The notes beneath the pieces were generated by a model that saw only the letters and a program-made list of their open reading frames with translations, was not told where the DNA came from and did no database searches. This document shows positions 27,829 to 37,050 of a stretch of DNA of 64,000 nucleotides, piece after piece. Each line of letters starts with the position of its first letter. Positions within the stretch are counted from its first letter, which is position 1. The position numbers were made by a program, and so were the translations under genes. Source of the DNA: Dehalococcoidia bacterium (GTDB taxonomy: Bacteria; Chloroflexota; Dehalococcoidia; Lucifugimonadales; Lucifugimonadaceae); the NCBI GenBank assembly GCA_965262065.1, contig OZ253497.1:493637-557636 (forward strand), given 5' to 3'.

Positions 27829-28848
27829 TTGCTTAGAATAGCCGCCCGCATCGGCCCCGATTGGCTTGAACGGCCCGACGACCTCGCACTGCTAAAGCAG
27901 ATCGGCATCGACTTCGTGGACACGACGATCGACGCGTTCGCCGAATACCGGTCGAACGGCCGCAGATTGAACCGCGACGATGTCTCGAGGACCCTCGGGA
28001 TTCTCGAAAGCGCGGGGCTGCGAATGGAGCGTTGCCAGGTCACTCACGACGATCTGCGAAATGCGTTCCTGTGCCAACCCGGCGGGCAGGCGGAGATCGA
28101 CGACCTGTCCGCCAACACGGCGATTCTCGGGGAGTTCGACATCCCTGTCCTAGGCATACAGGTCTTCCATTCCAGGCAGGTGGTCGGCTGGAACGACACG
28201 ATCTCATGGCCGGAAGGCCGGGGCGGATCGACCCACCTGCGGCAGGACCTGAACGCCGCGCTCGACCGCCCCACCCGGCCGGACGCGCCAAGTAGAGAGC
28301 AGCTATGGGATGGCACGCTCGACGTCTATCGGCAGGTCCTGCCGGTCGCCGAGGACTCCGGCGTCCTGGTGGCGACCCACGGCGTCGACCCGCCGGTACC
28401 GTCGGTGCACGGCGTTCCGCAGATCCTCTACAACTTCGCCGACTTCGACCGACTGTTCGACGAACTGCCATCGCCCAACAATGGGATGACCTACTGCATT
28501 GGCACCCGCTACGAGTCCGGTGAAGACGTGCTTGCGGGGATAGAAAAGTACGGTCGGCAGGACCGCCTGTTTCACGTGCACTTCCGGAACGTAGTGGGCA
28601 CGATCCCCGACGGCGGGGTGTACGACGAGGTGGCTCCCGACGAGGGCCACATGGACATGTTCAGGGTCGCCCAGGCGCTCGACGAGGTTGGTTACAAGGG
28701 AGTGCTCGACTACGACCACCCGAACGCGGTGAACCTGACCGGCGACGACCCGCAGCACAGGATCTACGTCGCCTATCTCACCGGTTACAACCGGGCCATT
28801 TCACAGGCCGTCGCCAGCGCGGCCGGCCAAAAAGTACAACTCAGCTGA
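27829..28848 (+). CDS. UxuA-like (mannonate dehydratase family) TIM-barrel protein
   Basis: TTG start. 'LFHVHFRNVVG' resembles the UxuA family HxRNV signature. The size (339 aa) fits. Confidence 0.5.
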   Translation: MLRIAARIGPDWLERPDDLALLKQIGIDFVDTTIDAFAEYRSNGRRLNRDDVSRTLGILESAGLRMERCQVTHDDLRNAFLCQPGGQAEIDDLSANTAILGEFDIPVLGIQVFHSRQVVGWNDTISWPEGRGGSTHLRQDLNAALDRPTRPDAPSREQLWDGTLDVYRQVLPVAEDSGVLVATHGVDPPVPSVHGVPQILYNFADFDRLFDELPSPNNGMTYCIGTRYESGEDVLAGIEKYGRQDRLFHVHFRNVVGTIPDGGVYDEVAPDEGHMDMFRVAQALDEVGYKGVLDYDHPNAVNLTGDDPQHRIYVAYLTGYNRAISQAVASAAGQKVQLS

Positions 28849-28911
28849 ACGGATTTTTGCAAGACCGCGATGTGGGGCGGATTTGAATCCCGCCCCACAT
28901 CGCGACAGTTC

Positions 28912-30054
28912 TTACTGGTCTATGACCGATCCGTCGGCGTGCAGCCTCGTATTGATCTCGCGGGGCGTGAAGGGAACCTTCTCTCGCGCGTCGGGCTTTA
29001 GCTCGACACCGATTCCCGGCTCGTCGGAGATAATCAGGTAGCCGTTGCCATCGTGCACCGGCGTGCCGGTGACCATGTCGCTCTTCGGCGGCACGTCCTC
29101 GCCCGTCGGGTACTCCTGCAGTGAGAAGTTCGGCACGGAGGCGGCAATCTGCAAGCAGGCCGCAGTGCTGACCGGACTGAGCGGGTTGTGCGGCACGACG
29201 CCCACGTGTCTGGCCTCTGCGGCTGCGGCGATCTTCTTCGTTGCAGAGATGCCGCCCACGATGCACACGTCAGGCCGGACGTACTGGACCGCGTTCCTGC
29301 TGAGCGCCATCTCGAAGTCCCAGAGCGAGGTGAACCGCTCACCGGTGGCTATGGGGATGTTTATCTTGTCGGCCACGTACGCCATCTCATCGATGTTGTC
29401 CGGCGTCACGGGGTCTTCGTAGAAATAGGGGTGGAACTTCTCGATGCCCAGGCCGAGCTGGACCGCTTCGGTGGGCGTGAGCCTCCGGTGTATCTCGATG
29501 CACAGATCGACGTCGCGGCCTACCGCCGCACGGTAGTCGGCCACTGTGTCGATGGCGTCTTCGATCTTCGCCACGTGGGTCTTGAAGTACGGCAGGTCGT
29601 GCGATTCGTCCAGGAACGGCGTCAGGTGCCCCACGGCAGTGAAACCCAATTCCTTTGCGGCCTTGACGCCGTTGACGAGCTTCTCGCGGGTGTTTCCGAA
29701 CACGTGGTAGTAGACACGCGCCTTGTCCCTGACCTTGCCGCCGAGCAATTGATGCACGGGGACGTCGAAGTGCTTGCCGGCTATATCCCAGAGCGCGATG
29801 TCGATCGCGCTGATAGCGCCCATAATGGCCGAGCCGCGGAAGTGGGATGAGCGGTACATGAACTGCCAGTGGTGCTCGATCCGGAGAGGGTCCTTCCCCA
29901 TGAGGTAGCGGCCGTATTTTTCGATTGCGACGGCAGACGATTCGAGGTAGCCCCACGCGCCCGACTCACCCAGGCCGGTAATGCCTGCGTCCGTCTCGAT
30001 CTCTACCAGCAGGTACCTGTCCAGAAAGATCGGTTCAACTTTAGTTATCTTCAA
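28912..30054 (-). CDS. enolase-superfamily dehydratase, D-galactonate dehydratase (DgoD)-like, paralogue 2
   Basis: TTG start with AGGAGAG upstream. Motifs: 'MKITKVEP..LLVEIETDAGITGLGES', 'ALWDIAGK', 'IEIHRRL', 'FYEDP', 'IATGERF', 'YVRPD'. Confidence 0.88.
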   Translation of the reverse strand: MKITKVEPIFLDRYLLVEIETDAGITGLGESGAWGYLESSAVAIEKYGRYLMGKDPLRIEHHWQFMYRSSHFRGSAIMGAISAIDIALWDIAGKHFDVPVHQLLGGKVRDKARVYYHVFGNTREKLVNGVKAAKELGFTAVGHLTPFLDESHDLPYFKTHVAKIEDAIDTVADYRAAVGRDVDLCIEIHRRLTPTEAVQLGLGIEKFHPYFYEDPVTPDNIDEMAYVADKINIPIATGERFTSLWDFEMALSRNAVQYVRPDVCIVGGISATKKIAAAAEARHVGVVPHNPLSPVSTAACLQIAASVPNFSLQEYPTGEDVPPKSDMVTGTPVHDGNGYLIISDEPGIGVELKPDAREKVPFTPREINTRLHADGSVIDQ

Positions 30055-30156
30055 TTCGTTTCTCTCCTGAATCGACTCGCGCTCATCCGTGATCGCCTCC
30101 CGGCGCGTCAGCGAATGTTATCCCGCCGCGCCCGTCATTGAAACCGTCCCTTTACG

Positions 30157-31704
30157 TCAGCCCCGGTCCCTGATCACGGAGTGGGCAGCGTTATGCCCGG
30201 GCGCGCCCGACACCTCCCCGCCGGGGTGCATTCCGGAGCCGCACATGTACAGACCCGGCAGCGGAGTCCGGTACGGCGCGCAGCCGGGCAGGGAGCGGTT
30301 GGCGAACATCTGGACCGGCACAATGTCGAGGTGGCGGATGTTGCCGTCGGTCATGCCGACCCGCTCGCCGATGTCCGCCGGCGTGAACAGGTCCCACTGT
30401 TCGATGCAGTCGCGTATGTCGGGCAGATAACTCTCGAGTTGGTCGAGGAGGGCATTGCCGACATCCTGTTTAATCTCTGCCCATGAGCCGGCGCGGGGAT
30501 GAGCCGGCTCGAAGGTAACCCAGATCGACATCACGTGCTTGCCGGGAGGGGCGAGGGTCGGATCGAAGACGCTTGGGATCTGCAGTTGCATGATCGGGTA
30601 GCGAGTCGGAACCCCATTCATCGCGTCGCGCCAACTCGCTTCGAGATAGTCGGCCGAAGGCATGATGCGGACCATGGCGGCCACGGTTTCGGCGTCGCCG
30701 GCGCGAAGGTACTTTGAAAAGTCGGGCAAACAGCTTAGGGCAGCGTGCAGTTTCAAAGACGCCGAGCGGGTCGAAAGGCCCTGCACTTTTTTGGCAAACC
30801 CCTGGAACCCGGCAGGCAGCGAACACGCGTCGATCAGCTTTGTAAACGTCGACTTGGGGTCGGCGTTCGAGACGACGATTTCCGCCCCTATCTCTTCGCC
30901 CGTCTCCAGCCGCACACCGACGGCGCGCCCGTCACGGACAATGATCGAGCCAACGGGAGCGCTCGTCCGGACCTCCACCCCCGCCTCCTGCGCGGCATTT
31001 GCCATCGCCTGCGTCACTCCGCCCATTCCGCCGCGGACGATCCCCAGATCCTCGTCATGCGTCAGCAGGCTCATCTTGAAGTAGGCTTGAGCCAGCGCGC
31101 TGCCCGGCTCCGATATCGCCCCGTAGTCGCCCGAGCCGATGGCCGCCGCGACGATCCGTTGGTCTTCAAAATAGTCCTCGGCCATCGTCCGGACAGGGAT
31201 ATTCAGCAACCGTTCCCAGATCGCCTCGTACTTTGTTCCGGCCACGTCGTTCGTAATTTCATCAAACGTAGGCGGCTCCGAGAGGAAGTACCGTTGCAAA
31301 AGCCGCGCCGCCGCCTCCCAAAACTCCATCCATCTCGGCCAGGCGCTCCGGTCGCGAGGGGAAATGAGCGCTATCTCTTCGTCGGTCCGTTCGTGATCGT
31401 GCCAAAATCTCAGGGTGTCGCCGTCGGGATACACGATCAGGGCCGCCGGGTCGAGTGGGTAGATGTGCAGGCCGTGGCGGCGCAGTTCCATGTCGTCGAT
31501 GACACGGCGCTGCAGCATGTGGCAGACGTATGCGCAGGTCCCGATTCGATAACCTGGGAACAGTTCGTCGGTGACCGCCCCGCCGCCAACCCGTTCCGCG
31601 CGTTCCAGCACGGTCACGTCGATACCGGCCCGCGCGAGATAATATGCGGCGACCAGCCCGTTGTGGCCTGCGCCTACTATGATGCAACTATCTGACTGCG
31701 CCAT
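30157..31704 (-). CDS. FAD-dependent oxidoreductase (phytoene desaturase-related family)
   Basis: N-terminal dinucleotide fold 'IIVGAGHNGLVAAYYLARAGIDVTVLE'; 515 aa. Confidence 0.8.
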   Translation of the reverse strand: MAQSDSCIIVGAGHNGLVAAYYLARAGIDVTVLERAERVGGGAVTDELFPGYRIGTCAYVCHMLQRRVIDDMELRRHGLHIYPLDPAALIVYPDGDTLRFWHDHERTDEEIALISPRDRSAWPRWMEFWEAAARLLQRYFLSEPPTFDEITNDVAGTKYEAIWERLLNIPVRTMAEDYFEDQRIVAAAIGSGDYGAISEPGSALAQAYFKMSLLTHDEDLGIVRGGMGGVTQAMANAAQEAGVEVRTSAPVGSIIVRDGRAVGVRLETGEEIGAEIVVSNADPKSTFTKLIDACSLPAGFQGFAKKVQGLSTRSASLKLHAALSCLPDFSKYLRAGDAETVAAMVRIMPSADYLEASWRDAMNGVPTRYPIMQLQIPSVFDPTLAPPGKHVMSIWVTFEPAHPRAGSWAEIKQDVGNALLDQLESYLPDIRDCIEQWDLFTPADIGERVGMTDGNIRHLDIVPVQMFANRSLPGCAPYRTPLPGLYMCGSGMHPGGEVSGAPGHNAAHSVIRDRG

Positions 31705-31977
31705 ACTCGAACCCGCCTTGCGGGCCGTCGAAGTCCCGCGCCGGTCTTGTGGGGGAAACAGGGAGCAACACGTTGGTTGACCGACGCAGTCCTGAAAGAT
31801 CGAACTGCGTCGGCGATTCTCTTTGCTCCGCAGACCCGGCGTGGAATACTACTACCCCGCGGAGCGCCCGCCTCGCCAATTGCCGAGATATTCGGGCCCG
31901 GGACCAACTATCGACTAGAGGACGGCCGAACGCGTAGAGTCGGCCACGCATATCGCCGCGAATTCGGAGGAAAAAAG

Positions 31978-33108
31978 ATGAACGGACCAGACATATACGA
32001 CCGGCTCGGCGTCACAAAGGTGATCAACGCCCGCAGCTGGGTAACCGCCCTCGGCGGATCGATCATGCGGCCGGAAGTATTTGCGGCCATGGAAGAGGCG
32101 GGGCGGCACTTCGTCGACATGGACGAGTTGATGGCTGCCGGCGGCAAGGTCGTGGCGCGGGCGTGCGGCGCTGAGGCGGGCATGGTCTGCGCCGGAGCGG
32201 CGGCCGGAAACCTGCTCATGGCGGCCGCCGCCATCACCGGGACCGACAGGTCCAAGGTCGACCGCCTCCCCGATACGACCGGCATGAAGAACGAAATCGT
32301 CATCTTCAAGTCGCAACGAAATTCATACGACCGGACGTTCGAGACCGCGGGCGGCAAGCTCGTGGAGATAGGCATGCCGAAGACGGTGACGGCATACCAG
32401 CTTGAAGCCGCCATCGGAGACGCGACGGCAGGAGTGGTCTACACGCTTGCGCCGTTCCTTCCGCGCCCGCTCTCCCTCGAAGAGACCATAGAGATCGCCC
32501 ACGCATGTGGCGCGCCCGTCCTGGTCGACGCCTCGGCGGAGGTGCCGCCGGCCGACAATCTGACAAAACCGATGAGAGCCGGCGCCGACATGGTGACCTA
32601 CTCAGGCGGCAAGGGCATCTGCGGCCCGCAAAACTCCGGTCTGCTGGCCGGCCGGGCAGATTTGATTGAAGCGGCGTTCATGAACTACCTGCCCGCAGGC
32701 GCGCCGCGCGCCGGCATCGCGCGCCCGGCGAAGGTGTCCAAGGAGACCATCGTCGGCCTGGTCACGGCGATCGAGCTGTTCCTCGACTCCGATCACGAGT
32801 CGGTGTGGGCAGGCTGGCGGCAGAAGTGCGAGCACGTCGTCGAAAAGGTCAGAGGAATCCCCGGCCTGCGGGTGGTGATAGAGGACAACGAGAACCGGCA
32901 GGGGCCGCAGCCGGTGATTTACCTCGAACCCGAGTGGAGCGGTCCGCCCGCGGACGAAATACGCAGGCGTCTCGCCGAGGGCAACCCACCGATAATGATC
33001 GGCTCAGGCGGTTACGGGGACGAGCTGAACGTGGTGATGGTCAACGTGCGGCCTGGCGAAGAGAAGATCATCGCCGATCGCCTGCACGCAATCCTCACCT
33101 CCGAGTGA
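31978..33108 (+). CDS. SelA-fold PLP-dependent enzyme (DgaE-like), copy 1
   Basis: ATG 31978 preceded by GGAGG. Motifs: 'VINARSWVTALGGSIMRPEV' and PLP-Lys context 'YSGGKGICGPQNSGLLAG'. At 376 aa it lacks the N-terminal extension of true SelA. Confidence 0.75.
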   Translation: MNGPDIYDRLGVTKVINARSWVTALGGSIMRPEVFAAMEEAGRHFVDMDELMAAGGKVVARACGAEAGMVCAGAAAGNLLMAAAAITGTDRSKVDRLPDTTGMKNEIVIFKSQRNSYDRTFETAGGKLVEIGMPKTVTAYQLEAAIGDATAGVVYTLAPFLPRPLSLEETIEIAHACGAPVLVDASAEVPPADNLTKPMRAGADMVTYSGGKGICGPQNSGLLAGRADLIEAAFMNYLPAGAPRAGIARPAKVSKETIVGLVTAIELFLDSDHESVWAGWRQKCEHVVEKVRGIPGLRVVIEDNENRQGPQPVIYLEPEWSGPPADEIRRRLAEGNPPIMIGSGGYGDELNVVMVNVRPGEEKIIADRLHAILTSE

Positions 33109-33124
33109 CCGGGACGCGATCGCG

Positions 33125-34270
33125 ATGCCGATGCCGCTCCGAACCCCCGAACCGTACGCCAGGCTGGGCGTAAAGCCGGTCATCAACGCCCAAAGCTGGG
33201 TGACGGCGCTCGGCGGCAGCCTCATGCGGCCCGAAGTATTGAGCGCCATGAACGAGGCGGCGGCGTGCTTCGTCGACATGGTCGAACTCAACCGGGCGGC
33301 GGGCAAGGTAGTGGCGCGGGCATGCGGGGCCGAATCGGGCATGGTCACCGCGGGAGCGTCGGCGGCCGGGACCATCGCCGTCGCGGCCTGTATGACCGGC
33401 GTCGATCGAGCAAGGGCGGAGCACCTGCCCGACCCGACGGGAATGAAGAACGAGGTGGTCGTCTTCTGGGGAGAGCGCAACCGCTACGACATGTCGTTCG
33501 AGTTGCCGGGGGCGCGGATCGTCGAATGGGGCGTGCCGGGCGCCGGGGCGGCCTACCAGCTCGACGCTGCGATCACCGAACGCACCTGCGCCGTCGCGGC
33601 CGTATTCCAGCCGCTGTTGAAACGCGGCCTGCCGGTGAGCGAAATGTGCGAGGTCGCCCACGCCCGCAACGTGCCGGTGATCGTGGACGCCGCCGCCGAG
33701 GTCCCGCCGCTGGCCAACCTCACGCGCTTTATTCAGGATGGCGCCGACCTGGCGTTCTTTTCCGGCGGCAAGGGCATCGGGGGGCCGCAGAACGCCGGCC
33801 TGCTAGCCGGCAGCAGCGACCTGATGGAGGCTGCGTACGTCAACGCGCTCAACCTTGACGCGCCGCGGGCTGGAGTGGCTCGGGGGATGAAGGCGTCCAA
33901 GGAGTCGATCGTGGGAATGGTCACGGCGCTCGAACTCCTGGTCGAAACGGGGGAGGACGCCCTGTACGGAGGATGGATGGCCAAGGCGCGGCATATTCAC
34001 GGCCGCCTGGAGCACGTCGAAGGGCTGCGAGTCGTCATCGAAGAGACGGGGCCCGACCGTCACGGGCCGCAGCCGGTGGTCTACTTCGAACCTGGGTGGC
34101 GCGGGCCCTCGCCAGCCGAGATCCGCCAACGCCTGCTCGACGGCGACCCGCCAATACACGTCGGCATGGGCCACTACGCCGATGAGATCAACCTCGTCAT
34201 GGTGTGCCTCCAAGACGGCGAAGAAGAGATCGTCGCCGAGCGGTTGTTGGAGATTCTCGACACGGCCTAA
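33125..34270 (+). CDS. SelA-fold PLP-dependent enzyme (DgaE-like), copy 2
   Basis: 'VINAQSWVTALGGSLMRPEV', 'FSGGKGIGGPQNAGLLAG'. It is a clear paralogue of the upstream gene. Confidence 0.75.
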   Translation: MPMPLRTPEPYARLGVKPVINAQSWVTALGGSLMRPEVLSAMNEAAACFVDMVELNRAAGKVVARACGAESGMVTAGASAAGTIAVAACMTGVDRARAEHLPDPTGMKNEVVVFWGERNRYDMSFELPGARIVEWGVPGAGAAYQLDAAITERTCAVAAVFQPLLKRGLPVSEMCEVAHARNVPVIVDAAAEVPPLANLTRFIQDGADLAFFSGGKGIGGPQNAGLLAGSSDLMEAAYVNALNLDAPRAGVARGMKASKESIVGMVTALELLVETGEDALYGGWMAKARHIHGRLEHVEGLRVVIEETGPDRHGPQPVVYFEPGWRGPSPAEIRQRLLDGDPPIHVGMGHYADEINLVMVCLQDGEEEIVAERLLEILDTA

Positions 34271-34299
34271 GCTCGGGTTCGTGCGGTCGACCCGCTGCC

Positions 34300-34380
34300 C
34301 TAATCTCCCCGCGGGGGTAAGACGCCGGCCTTGTGGAAATCCCGTTCGTCTTCGACTGTCCTGAGGGACCGGGGCGCGTG
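34300..34380 (-). pseudogene. orphan copy of the 3' end of the enolase gene at 35869..37050 (direct-repeat copy A)
   Basis: 70/81 nt are identical by hand alignment to 35869-35949. It encodes HAPRSLRTVEDERDFHKAGVLPPRGD* versus HAPRPLRTVEDERNFHKAGVSPPRGD* at the true gene end. Confidence 0.75.
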
Positions 34381-34547
34381 AAACTGCCACAAGGTCGCTT
34401 GTACATGTGCCATACGGCGCAGGCGCTGAATAAAGCTCGGGCACCGTCCAGCATCGGGTACTTTATATTGAGTTCGGCGACTATCCTTCGCGGGTGGCCC
34501 GAAAGAGGACGCAGGGCAACGCGCGAACATCAAGACCCCTCTAAATC

Positions 34548-35570
34548 ATGGCGCTCGAAATACATCAGTTGGAACCAGAGCAAATTGACCAGGCAGGAAG
34601 AGTCCTGGTGCACGAGACGGATATCGACAAATGGTCGCAATCCGCCCGCGTGATCAATACGTGGCGTGCCTCTCACGCCGGTCCGCTGAATACATTTAGG
34701 ATGAATCTTCGCAGGCGAGTCCGAGGTCGCGACTTCGTCGCGCAGCGCCTCAAGCGTTTGCCCTCGATCGTTTCGAAAGTGGAAAGACTACCGCGGATCC
34801 GTTTGTCGCAAATGCAAGACATTGGCGGTTGCCGTGCCGTGTTACGCACATCGGACCATGCATATGACCTGGCCCTGGATTTCGCATCCAGCAGGATCCG
34901 GCACAAGCTGATTCGGTACAAGGACTATATTGAGAATCCGAGGCGATCAGGTTACCGCAGTCTGCACATGGTGTATGCCTACGACAGTGATCGATCCATG
35001 CAATGGAATGGCCTAAACATCGAAATTCAAATCCGTTCCCTTCTCCAACACCAATGGGCGACAGCCGTCGAAACTGTCGGCACGTTTACGCGGAACGACC
35101 TCAAGTCAAACCACGGCAATGCGATCTGGCTACGCTTCTTCGCGCTTATGAGTACTGTGATCGCACAGACTGAAGGAATGCCCGGCATCCCCAACACTCC
35201 AACAAGCCGAAGCAAACTCCTGCGCGAGATCAGGGAATGCGACCAACTACTTGGAATCTCTGAACAATTGGCTGCGTTTCAAGACCTTACGCCCATGCTC
35301 CCGGGTCTTTCGACGAGAAACAAGTGGATCGGTCTGGAACTGGACCTGGCGAACCAAACGGTGATTGGGTCCGTCTTTAATCCAGGGGACCTGGAGGCTG
35401 CAACCAACTGGTATGTGGAGAGGGAAGTTGAGAGCCGGGGGGATTCGCAAGTAGAGGTAGTTTTGGTCTCAACTGCATCGTTGTCAGCGCTCAGAAGGGC
35501 CTATCCGAACTACCTCGCGGACTTGGGCGATTTCAGGCGCCTGGTTCAGGAGACGATTGCGATTCCATGA
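34548..35570 (+). CDS. RelA/SpoT-domain protein (small alarmone synthetase / toxSAS-like nucleotide pyrophosphokinase) with ~140-aa C-terminal domain
   Basis: 'RLKRLPSIVSKVER', 'MQDIGGCRAVL', 'ENPRRSGYRSLHMVYAY', 'IEIQIRSLLQHQWATAVE'. This is the synthetase-domain motif set. There is no HD hydrolase domain. Confidence 0.8.
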   Translation: MALEIHQLEPEQIDQAGRVLVHETDIDKWSQSARVINTWRASHAGPLNTFRMNLRRRVRGRDFVAQRLKRLPSIVSKVERLPRIRLSQMQDIGGCRAVLRTSDHAYDLALDFASSRIRHKLIRYKDYIENPRRSGYRSLHMVYAYDSDRSMQWNGLNIEIQIRSLLQHQWATAVETVGTFTRNDLKSNHGNAIWLRFFALMSTVIAQTEGMPGIPNTPTSRSKLLREIRECDQLLGISEQLAAFQDLTPMLPGLSTRNKWIGLELDLANQTVIGSVFNPGDLEAATNWYVEREVESRGDSQVEVVLVSTASLSALRRAYPNYLADLGDFRRLVQETIAIP

Positions 35571-35703
35571 CGGCCATTTCGCGGAACCGCTTCTCCCGTC
35601 TCACGATGGCTCTGCGATCGCGGGCAAGGACTCTTTGCATAACCCGTTCGAATCTCTGGGCCGGCGTTTCGACCGGTCGAGCGTTCTTCCTCTTGCCAGC
35701 CAT
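35533..35703 (-). CDS. possible 56-aa basic helical protein, convergent with and overlapping the RelA/SpoT gene end
   Basis: Hand translation (below the track cut-off): MAGKRKNARPVETPAQRFERVMQRVLARDRRAIVRREKRFREMAVMESQSSPEPGA*. ATG at 35701-35703, TGA at 35533-35535. No clear RBS was seen. Confidence 0.25.
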   Translation of the reverse strand: MAGKRKNARPVETPAQRFERVMQRVLARDRRAIVRREKRFREMAVMESQSSPEPGA

Positions 35704-35868
35704 AATTTATGTCCCCTGAGCCGACACGGCCCACTGTAATCGAATCACTACACACTGGACAATTGTCGCATATGCCTCAGGTGGTCAAGCAAGAGTAGAA
35801 AGGCAGCCGCCAGCCCGATAGACGCGGCATGAATGTCGCAATGGAACTTGATCCGGCTACTCGCGGCC

Positions 35869-37050
35869 CTAGTCCCCGCGCGGGGGTGAGACGCCTGCTT
35901 TGTGGAAGTTTCGTTCGTCTTCGACGGTCCTGAGGGGCCGGGGCGCGTGTCGGTCGTATGTGTACTCTTTCAGAGCCGCCTCGTTGATTTCGATGCCGAT
36001 CCCCGGCTCGGTGGGCAACTCGACGTAGCCCTGGTCCGGCACGAGCGGCTTCACCATCAGCTTGTTGCACACGTCCTGCAGGCCGTGGGGGTACTCGTAC
36101 ATCAGGAAGTTCGGTATGACGGCGGACGCCTGCACGCCGGCCGCGAACGAGATCGCCGCGCTATTGGCGCCGTGGGGCGAAATGCCCATGTCGTACGCCT
36201 CGGCCATGGCGGCGATCTGCACGATCTCCAGTATCCCGCCCGTGTTCGAGATGTCTGGGTTGAGGTAGTCGGCCGCACGGCGCTCGAATACCTCGACGAA
36301 GCCGCGCCGCCCGTAGATCGCCTCGCCGATCGTTACCGGAATGTTGAGGGCGTTCTTGACCTCGGCGATGCCCCGGATGTTCTCCGGCGGACACGGCTCC
36401 TCGAACCAGTAGGGCCGGTACTTCTCGATCATGCGGCCGACCATGATCGCCTCGATGGGCGATAGACGCCGGTGGACCTCGATGAGTATCTCGACGCGCG
36501 GTCCGACCGCCTCTCGCACCGCTCCGACCTTGGCGGCCGCCAGTTCAAGGTCGGCGTGATCCACGAACGAACGCCACGGCCCGGGGAACGGGTCGAACTT
36601 CAGGGCGTCGTACCCCAGTTTCACTGACTTCAGCGCGCTGTTTGCGCACTCCTCCGGCGTGTCGCCCGCCGCTCCGCCGCCGTAGACCCTGAGCGCCGGG
36701 CGAACGGCGCCTCCCAGCAGGTTGTAGACCGGCTGGTCGAGGGCCTTGCCGGTGATGTCCCACATGGCGATCTCCAACCCGCTCACTGCGCTGTAGACGT
36801 CCATGGAGCCGCGCTTGAGAAACATGTCCTCGTAGGCCCAGTGACGGAAGTGGCCGATCTGCATCGGATCGCGGCCGATGAGGTAACGCTTCATCTCGTC
36901 GATATGCGCCGTGATCGCCGTGTCACGGTCGAGTTGCGTGTACGCCTCGCCCCAGCCGACGATTCCGTTGTCGGTGGTTATCTTGACGAACACCCAGTTC
37001 TTGGTCTGTGGCGGATGCACTATGAAGGTTTCGATGTCCTGGATTTTCAC
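35869..37050 (-). CDS. enolase-superfamily dehydratase, paralogue 3
   Basis: GTG 37048-37050 is preceded by AGGAG (7-nt spacer) and gives 'VKIQDIETFIVHPP'. Motifs: 'AMWDITGK', 'IEVHRRL', 'WFEEP', 'VTIGEAI', 'YLNPD'. The track ORF extends to 37224; ATG 37122 is an alternative start. Confidence 0.88.
   Translation of the reverse strand: MKIQDIETFIVHPPQTKNWVFVKITTDNGIVGWGEAYTQLDRDTAITAHIDEMKRYLIGRDPMQIGHFRHWAYEDMFLKRGSMDVYSAVSGLEIAMWDITGKALDQPVYNLLGGAVRPALRVYGGGAAGDTPEECANSALKSVKLGYDALKFDPFPGPWRSFVDHADLELAAAKVGAVREAVGPRVEILIEVHRRLSPIEAIMVGRMIEKYRPYWFEEPCPPENIRGIAEVKNALNIPVTIGEAIYGRRGFVEVFERRAADYLNPDISNTGGILEIVQIAAMAEAYDMGISPHGANSAAISFAAGVQASAVIPNFLMYEYPHGLQDVCNKLMVKPLVPDQGYVELPTEPGIGIEINEAALKEYTYDRHAPRPLRTVEDERNFHKAGVSPPRGD

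Larger units (their letters stand above)
34381..35868. mobile_element. low-GC inserted segment carrying a RelA/SpoT-domain gene, bracketed by the 81-nt direct repeats
   Basis: It lies between repeat copies A and B. A hand count of 34561-34660 gave about 52 % G+C, against about 75 % at 33301-33400. No integrase or transposase is present. Confidence 0.45.

Noticed and set aside
31978-34270. The two SelA-family genes as the selenocysteine synthase for the putative selenoprotein
   Set aside because: They are too short and lack the N-terminal tRNA-binding region. They form a paralogous tandem pair and sit in a sugar-acid catabolic context. A DgaE-like lyase role is more likely.
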